The notes beneath the pieces are model-generated. The model was not told the DNA's origin and did no database searches. It saw nothing but the letters and a program-made list of their open reading frames with translations. From assembly GCA_963924875.1 (NCBI GenBank), contig CAWUSX010000007.1, forward strand, positions 1-56,972: a stretch of DNA of 56,972 bases. Reading direction: 5' to 3'. Both the position numbers and the translations under genes were made by a program. The DNA is from an uncultured Gammaproteobacteria bacterium. Lineage in GTDB: Bacteria; Pseudomonadota; Gammaproteobacteria; SZUA-229. Below are positions 51,622-56,972 of this stretch, piece after piece (the first letter of the stretch is position 1; each line of letters starts with the position of its first letter).

Positions 51622-52431
51622 ATGAAAAATAACTCGTCCATCGTTTATCTTATCGGCGCGGGCCCAGGGGATCCTGATCTACTCACGGTTAAGGCACTAC
51701 GCCTGATTCAACAGGCGGACATTGTGGTATACGACCGTCTGGTCTCCAGCGAGATCATGCAACAGGTTCCCAATGGCACCCAGCTCATCTATGTCGGCAA
51801 GGCCAGTGGTCAGCACCATATGAACCAGCAGGAGATTAACCAGTTACTGGTAAACCTGGCACAAGCCCGACACTCCCAGAAACCGCGCAATATCGTTCGC
51901 CTTAAAGGTGGTGACCCGTTTATTTTTGGCCGCGGCAGCGAGGAGGCACTAGCCCTGGTAGAACAGGGTATTCGCTTTGAATATGTACCAGGTATCACTG
52001 CGGCGGCGGCCTGTAGCGCCTATGCGGGCATACCGCTGACACACCGCGGGGTTGCCAAAAGCGTACGCCTGATTACCGGTCACTGTCGTGATAACCAGCC
52101 ACTAGAGCTCAACTGGAAAAGCCTTGCGGACAAAGAAACCACACTGGTTTTCTATATGGGGCTGTCCACTGTTGAGCAACTGAGTCGTGAACTGATGGCC
52201 GCTGGCCTTGCCCCATCCACACCGGCGGCGGTGGTTGAAAATGGCACCACACAAATGCAACGTCGTTGCCTGTCCACATTAAACAATTTAGCGGAGCAGG
52301 TTAAACTGCAGCAGATTCGTTCACCGGCACTGATTATTATCGGTGACGTGGTCAACTTTGCCGACACACTCGACTGGTTTACTCCGGAGATGCAATCTGA
52401 TGATGTCTATTCGCAACCTGCTGAAAGCTAG
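51622..52431 (+). CDS. nirE: Uroporphyrinogen-III C-methyltransferase (heme d1 pathway)
   Basis: VYLIGAGPGDPDLLT, VVYDRLVS, VRLKGGDPFIFGRGSEE, PGITAA, TLVFYMG. Confidence 0.93.
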   Translation: MKNNSSIVYLIGAGPGDPDLLTVKALRLIQQADIVVYDRLVSSEIMQQVPNGTQLIYVGKASGQHHMNQQEINQLLVNLAQARHSQKPRNIVRLKGGDPFIFGRGSEEALALVEQGIRFEYVPGITAAAACSAYAGIPLTHRGVAKSVRLITGHCRDNQPLELNWKSLADKETTLVFYMGLSTVEQLSRELMAAGLAPSTPAAVVENGTTQMQRRCLSTLNNLAEQVKLQQIRSPALIIIGDVVNFADTLDWFTPEMQSDDVYSQPAES

Positions 52432-52726
52432 CTCGTTAGCATTGTCTATGCTGGCGATCAATGCCCAGGCTGCGCCGGATCTCGAACGGCAGCAACAACT
52501 GGCGCACCTGCTAAAGCATGACTGTGGTTCATGCCACGGCATGACACTCAAAGGTGGCCTCGGCCCCTCGCTGGAAGTCGACAGCCTTAAAGATAAAGCG
52601 GACGATTTTCTCTTCCTCTCCATTCAACAGGGTCGCCCCGGTACACCGATGCCCCCCTGGAACACCGAGTTAAGTGATGAGGATATTCGCTGGATCGTTC
52701 ACCTGCTCCGTCAACCCGATGCCTGA
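52400..52726 (+). CDS. nirC: Monoheme cytochrome c55X
   Basis: Signal peptide (AQA), HDCGSCHGMTLKGGLGP, GRPGTPMPPW. Confidence 0.92.
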   Translation: MMSIRNLLKASSLALSMLAINAQAAPDLERQQQLAHLLKHDCGSCHGMTLKGGLGPSLEVDSLKDKADDFLFLSIQQGRPGTPMPPWNTELSDEDIRWIVHLLRQPDA

Positions 52727-52736
52727 AGGATTTACC

Positions 52737-53906
52737 ATGTTACGCCTGATTACTCTATTACTCATTAGCCTGTCTATAGCCGCCTGTAGCCACACACAAT
52801 TGCGCGGCACAGGCGATCTCGGACTGCTGATTGAACGTGCCGATGGAAGCGTACAACTGCTGGAACACAGTCATCGAAAGTCGCTGGCACGCATCACGGG
52901 GCTGGGTGATCTATCCCATGCGTCGATTGTTTACTCACGCGACGAGCGCTACGGCTATGTATTTGGTCGTGATGGTGGCCTGACAAAAGTTGACCTGCTT
53001 AAAGCGAGGATTGTTAAACGTGTTATGCAGTCGGGTAACAGCATCGGTGGCGCCATTTCACAGGATGGAAAACTGGTTGCGGTGTCTAACTACACGCCAG
53101 GCGGTGTAAAAGTTTTCGATGCCGAGACACTGGATCTGGTTGCCGATATTCCGGCTATCTACGGTAATGAGGGAAAACAGTCAAAAACCGTCGGATTAGT
53201 GGACGCACCGGGTCAACGTTTTGTATTTTCACTCTATGACGCGGGCGAAATCTGGTTGCTGGATATGAAGCAGCCCACTAAACCGCAGATAACAAAGTTC
53301 AAAGATGTTGGCAACCTGCCCTATGATGGCCTGATTACACCGGACGGACGTTACTATATCGCCGGCCTGTTTGGCGAAGATGGCATGGCAATGCTGGATC
53401 TGTGGCACCCGGAAAAGGGCGTAACACGAATACTGGATCATTATGGCAAAGGCAAGCAGAAGCTCCCAGTGTATAAAATGCCGCATCTTGAAGGCTGGAC
53501 ACAGGCCGGTAACAAAATGCTGTTTCCCGCGGTGGGAGAACATGAAGTTTTGGTCATGAATGATCAATGGCAACTGGAAAAAAGCATTCCCGTGCACGGC
53601 CAGCCGATCTTTGTAATGAGCCGTCCTGATCACCATCAGGTGTGGGTTAACTTTGCCCATCCACTCAATGATACCGTGCAGGTCATCGACACCGAAACAC
53701 TGCAAATCATTAAAACACTCACGCCCGGCAAGGCCGTACTCCATATGGAGTTTACCCCTCGCGGTGAGCAACTGTGGCTGTCGGTACGGGACGAAGACCG
53801 AGTCGATATTTACGATACCGAAACCTTTGAACGCATCGGTAGTCTCGATGCAAAGAGTCCCAGCGGTATCTTCTTTACTAACCGGGCGCATAAGATCGGC
53901 CTGTAA
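52737..53906 (+). CDS. nirF: Heme d1 biosynthesis beta-propeller lipoprotein
   Basis: Lipobox IAAC, RGTGDLG, GDLSHAS, FGRDGG, PVYKMPHLEGW, SPSGIFFTNRA. Confidence 0.95.
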   Translation: MLRLITLLLISLSIAACSHTQLRGTGDLGLLIERADGSVQLLEHSHRKSLARITGLGDLSHASIVYSRDERYGYVFGRDGGLTKVDLLKARIVKRVMQSGNSIGGAISQDGKLVAVSNYTPGGVKVFDAETLDLVADIPAIYGNEGKQSKTVGLVDAPGQRFVFSLYDAGEIWLLDMKQPTKPQITKFKDVGNLPYDGLITPDGRYYIAGLFGEDGMAMLDLWHPEKGVTRILDHYGKGKQKLPVYKMPHLEGWTQAGNKMLFPAVGEHEVLVMNDQWQLEKSIPVHGQPIFVMSRPDHHQVWVNFAHPLNDTVQVIDTETLQIIKTLTPGKAVLHMEFTPRGEQLWLSVRDEDRVDIYDTETFERIGSLDAKSPSGIFFTNRAHKIGL

Positions 53907-53995
53907 AGTATCAATTTACAGCGAATTGCCATATATCAAGGCGGTCGAGTACAACAGGAATTATGTTTATTACAAAGTGACTGTGGAGCCGATTA

Positions 53996-54547
53996 ATGTC
54001 GATTAAAGAAGTTCAGCAAACGCACCATACTAATAACAGTGACGCCAATAAGAGTGAATGGAATAACAACCTGGCACTGATACAGCGGCTATTTGACCAG
54101 TTTCAGCATAACCTGCCTCTCACACCAACACCCTATGCCGACATGGCCACCGAGCTTGGCATTGAAGAGGCTGAACTGCTTTCACTATTGAAATCACTAC
54201 AGTCGCAACACCTGATCAGTCGTGTGGGTGCGGTGTTTCAGGTAAACCGGGTTGGTGTGAGCACACTAGCGGCTATGGCCGTACCAGAAGAACGACTTGA
54301 AACGATTGCCGAGATGATTAGTCGTTACCCTTCGGTCAATCATAATTACGAACGCGAACACCATTTTAATCTGTGGTTTGTTGTTACCGCCGAAACCAGC
54401 GAACAGCTCGATGACATTTTACAGCAGATGCAACAACAGACCGGGATTGTGATTTTAAAGCTGCCAATGGAAAAAGATTATCACATCGATCTGGGCTTCC
54501 CTTTGCAATTAGTCGACAACCAACAATCCGGTGGACAGCCACAATGA
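53996..54547 (+). CDS. nirD: Siroheme decarboxylase subunit (AsnC/Lrp-like)
   Basis: FQHNLPLTPTPY, SRVGAVF, STLAAM, VNHNYEREH, YHIDLGF. Confidence 0.88.
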   Translation: MSIKEVQQTHHTNNSDANKSEWNNNLALIQRLFDQFQHNLPLTPTPYADMATELGIEEAELLSLLKSLQSQHLISRVGAVFQVNRVGVSTLAAMAVPEERLETIAEMISRYPSVNHNYEREHHFNLWFVVTAETSEQLDDILQQMQQQTGIVILKLPMEKDYHIDLGFPLQLVDNQQSGGQPQ

Positions 54548-55035
54548 TTGATAAACGCCAACTGATTGCTGCACTACAACAGGGTTTACCGCTGGTATCA
54601 CATCCCTATGAACAGATTGCGCAGCAGATCAACAGTAGCGAACAGGAAGTGATTGAAACACTCCAGCAGATGAAATCGCATGGCGACATCAAGCGAATGG
54701 GTATAGTCGTCAGTCATCGACAAATCGGCTACACCGCTAATGCGATGGTTGTCTGGGATCTTCCCGACGCACAGGTCGATGAGCTGGGGCAGTGCTTTGG
54801 CCAGTTTGACTTTGTGACACTCAGTTATCGTCGACCACGACAGCTACCCGACTGGCCCTACAATCTGTTCTGCATGATTCATGGGCAGAATCGAGAAGAT
54901 GTTCTCAATAACCTGCAGTTATTAATCAACAGTTGTCATGTTGATCAGGTTTCCCATGCCGTCCTGTTCAGCCAGCGTTGTTTCAAACAACGTGGTGCAC
55001 ATTACATTCATACCCCACTCAAAGCGCATGGTTAA
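54544..55035 (+). CDS. nirL: Siroheme decarboxylase subunit
   Basis: GLPLVSHPY, GYTANAMVVWD, WPYNLFCMIHG, CFKQRGAHY. Confidence 0.88.
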   Translation: MIDKRQLIAALQQGLPLVSHPYEQIAQQINSSEQEVIETLQQMKSHGDIKRMGIVVSHRQIGYTANAMVVWDLPDAQVDELGQCFGQFDFVTLSYRRPRQLPDWPYNLFCMIHGQNREDVLNNLQLLINSCHVDQVSHAVLFSQRCFKQRGAHYIHTPLKAHG

Positions 55036-55048
55036 AGGGTCAACAATA

Positions 55049-55498
55049 ATGGAACTCAGTTTAATCGACAAACAGATCATGAATCACCTACAGGGTGGCT
55101 TTCCTGTCTGTGAAAATCCATGGGATGCTATATCCAGTCAACTTGGCATCGACGTGGATCAGCTCATCGAGCGCATAGAAACCATGCAACAGGCCGGTTT
55201 CATCAGCCGCTTCGGGCCTTTATATAATGCACATGAAATGGGTGGTGGGCTCAGTCTCGCTGCCATGCAGATCGACGCGGATGATTTTGACCGAGTCGCA
55301 GACATCGTTAACGGTTTTCAGCAGGTGGCGCATAATTATGAGCGGGAACATCAGCTGAATATGTGGTTTGTTATCGCCACTGAATTTCCTTACCAGGTGG
55401 CGGAAGTGATTCAACAAATTGAAGATAGCACGGGTTACAGGGTATACAACATGCCGAAGCAGGAAGAATATTTCCTCGGCCTCCGATTTGAACTCTAA
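55049..55498 (+). CDS. nirG: Siroheme decarboxylase subunit
   Basis: LQGGFPV, SRFGPLYNA..MGG, VAHNYEREH, MPKQEEYFLGL. Confidence 0.88.
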   Translation: MELSLIDKQIMNHLQGGFPVCENPWDAISSQLGIDVDQLIERIETMQQAGFISRFGPLYNAHEMGGGLSLAAMQIDADDFDRVADIVNGFQQVAHNYEREHQLNMWFVIATEFPYQVAEVIQQIEDSTGYRVYNMPKQEEYFLGLRFEL

Positions 55499-55513
55499 GC
55501 AGGTATTATCAAT

Positions 55514-56026
55514 ATGCAGGCACGCAATATCATAGTAAAACCTGACGCATTAATAGATGACATCGATAGAAAGATCATTACCGCCACCCAGGCTGGTTTA
55601 CCGTTGGTTAGAGATCCCTACCGAGTTGTTGCAGAACAGATCGGCATCGACACTCATGAGTTATTGAAAAGAATAAATCATCTTCAGCAGTGCGGGATTA
55701 TTCGCAGGATTGGCATCATTCCGAATCATTACAAGCTGGGTTACAGGGCAAATGGCATGAGTGTGTGGAACGTAGCCGACACGCTGGTTCAACAACTGGG
55801 GCATGACATCGGCCAACTCGATTTTGTGAGTCACTGTTACCGCCGTCCCCGCTTCCTGCCGGAATGGCCGTACAATCTGTTTGCGATGGTTCATGGTCAT
55901 GACCGTGATGAAGTCATGCACAAGGTTGCGCTAATTGATCAGCTGCTGGGTGAATCTAACCAGGGGCACGATGTGCTATTCAGCCGCCGCATCCTCAAAA
56001 AAACAGGCCTAAGGCTCCAGGAGTAA
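55514..56026 (+). CDS. nirH: Siroheme decarboxylase subunit
   Basis: TQAGLPL, PNHYKLGYRANGMSVW, SHCYRRPR, LKKTGLRL. Confidence 0.9.
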   Translation: MQARNIIVKPDALIDDIDRKIITATQAGLPLVRDPYRVVAEQIGIDTHELLKRINHLQQCGIIRRIGIIPNHYKLGYRANGMSVWNVADTLVQQLGHDIGQLDFVSHCYRRPRFLPEWPYNLFAMVHGHDRDEVMHKVALIDQLLGESNQGHDVLFSRRILKKTGLRLQE

Positions 56027-56029
56027 GCG

Positions 56030-56972
56030 ATGTTCAGAATGACGCAATTTATGCAGCACCTTCTACACAACGAACCGGTAACGCCAGCTCGACAGCCGCC
56101 CGGTCCCGTGGTCATCTGGAACCTGATTCGCCGATGCAACCTGACCTGCAAACACTGTTATTCAATTTCTGCCGATAAGAATTTCCCGGGCGAGCTGGAT
56201 ACACAACAGGTCTACGAGGTGATGGACGATCTGCAACAGTTCCACGTACCTGTGCTTATACTGTCGGGCGGCGAACCATTGATGCGAGCCGATATATTCG
56301 ACATTTCAAAACGTGCAAAAGACATGGGGTTTTATGTTGGCCTTTCCACCAATGGCACACTGATTGATGAATCAAACATAAAACAGATTGCCGAAGTCGG
56401 TTATGACTATGTCGGCATCAGCATTGACGGCATAAAATCCACGCATGACAAATTCAGGCGTCGTGAAGGCGCATTCGATGAGTCAATGCACGGTATAAAA
56501 CTCTGCAAGGAGTCCGGCATTAAAGTCGGTATTCGCTTTACCCTGACACAGGATAACGCCCATGAATTACCAGAAGTTCTAGAACTTATGGATGAACATG
56601 AAATCGATAAATTTTACCTGTCCCATCTCAACTACTCCGGGCGTGGAAATAAAAATCGAAAAGATGATGTAATCCACAATATCACCCGCAATGCGATGGA
56701 CCTGTTATTTGATACCAGTTTCAATGCCGTCAAAAACGGCCAGCATAAGGAATTTGTTACAGGTAATAACGATGCCGATGGTGTCTACCTGCTTCACTGG
56801 GTGGAAAAACACTTTCCACACAAGGCCGATGAAATCCGTCAACGACTGGAAAACTGGGGTGGTAACTCATCCGGTGTCAATATTGCCAATATCGATAACA
56901 CGGGCAATGTCCATCCGGATACCTTCTGGTGGGATTATGATCTCGGCAATGTAAAAGATCGTGCATTCTCCG
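56030..56972 (+). CDS. nirJ: Heme d1 biosynthesis radical SAM protein (3' end beyond the window)
   Basis: Manual translation MFRMTQFM...PPGPVVIWNLIRRCNLTCKHCYS (CxxxCxxC), LILSGGEPLMR, YLSHLNYSGRG, WGGNSSGVNIANIDN. Confidence 0.95.
   Translation, partial: MFRMTQFMQHLLHNEPVTPARQPPGPVVIWNLIRRCNLTCKHCYSISADKNFPGELDTQQVYEVMDDLQQFHVPVLILSGGEPLMRADIFDISKRAKDMGFYVGLSTNGTLIDESNIKQIAEVGYDYVGISIDGIKSTHDKFRRREGAFDESMHGIKLCKESGIKVGIRFTLTQDNAHELPEVLELMDEHEIDKFYLSHLNYSGRGNKNRKDDVIHNITRNAMDLLFDTSFNAVKNGQHKEFVTGNNDADGVYLLHWVEKHFPHKADEIRQRLENWGGNSSGVNIANIDNTGNVHPDTFWWDYDLGNVKDRAFS

Noticed and set aside
52321-53891. Minus-strand ORFs 52321-52623 and 53229-53891
   Set aside because: Antisense to nirE, nirC and nirF.

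Overview
Bacterial window; gene content suggests a gammaproteobacterium, probably a denitrifier (inference). From left to right: (1) a light-response locus with hemH divergent from a B12-binding MerR regulator (LitR/CarH type) and a photolyase; (2) an SLC13 permease; (3) a minus-strand block with DUF1840, glgP, an ackA remnant, phosphoketolase, DUF2254 and a complete N-ATPase operon (atpDCQRBEFAG), bordered by a decayed IS6; (4) fpr, GST, a U32/RlhA-like protein, an Mrr-like nuclease remnant and a TauE gene between identical 40-bp direct repeats; (5) a suf operon without sufS, with several IscR-type boxes; (6) a patch of gene fragments with an attC-like relic and disrupted norE/norF-like genes; (7) the main finding, a tightly coupled AT-rich 8-gene operon (35868-47165, minus strand); (8) roxA, a TauD-like gene, dnr with FNR/DNR boxes and the heme d1 genes nirECFDLGHJ (no nirS in the window). 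The operon in (7) encodes a hydrazine-synthase-alpha-like multiheme lipoprotein, a beta-propeller/MauG-like triheme protein (HzsBC-like layout), ApbE, an FGE/NirV-like protein, a pentaheme cytochrome, a stand-alone RnfD, a NuoF-like flavoprotein and a HoxU/NuoG-like Fe-S protein. It is a candidate undescribed electron conduit from cytoplasm to periplasm feeding an HZS-like enzyme. All calls come from reading motifs by eye; no database searches were run.
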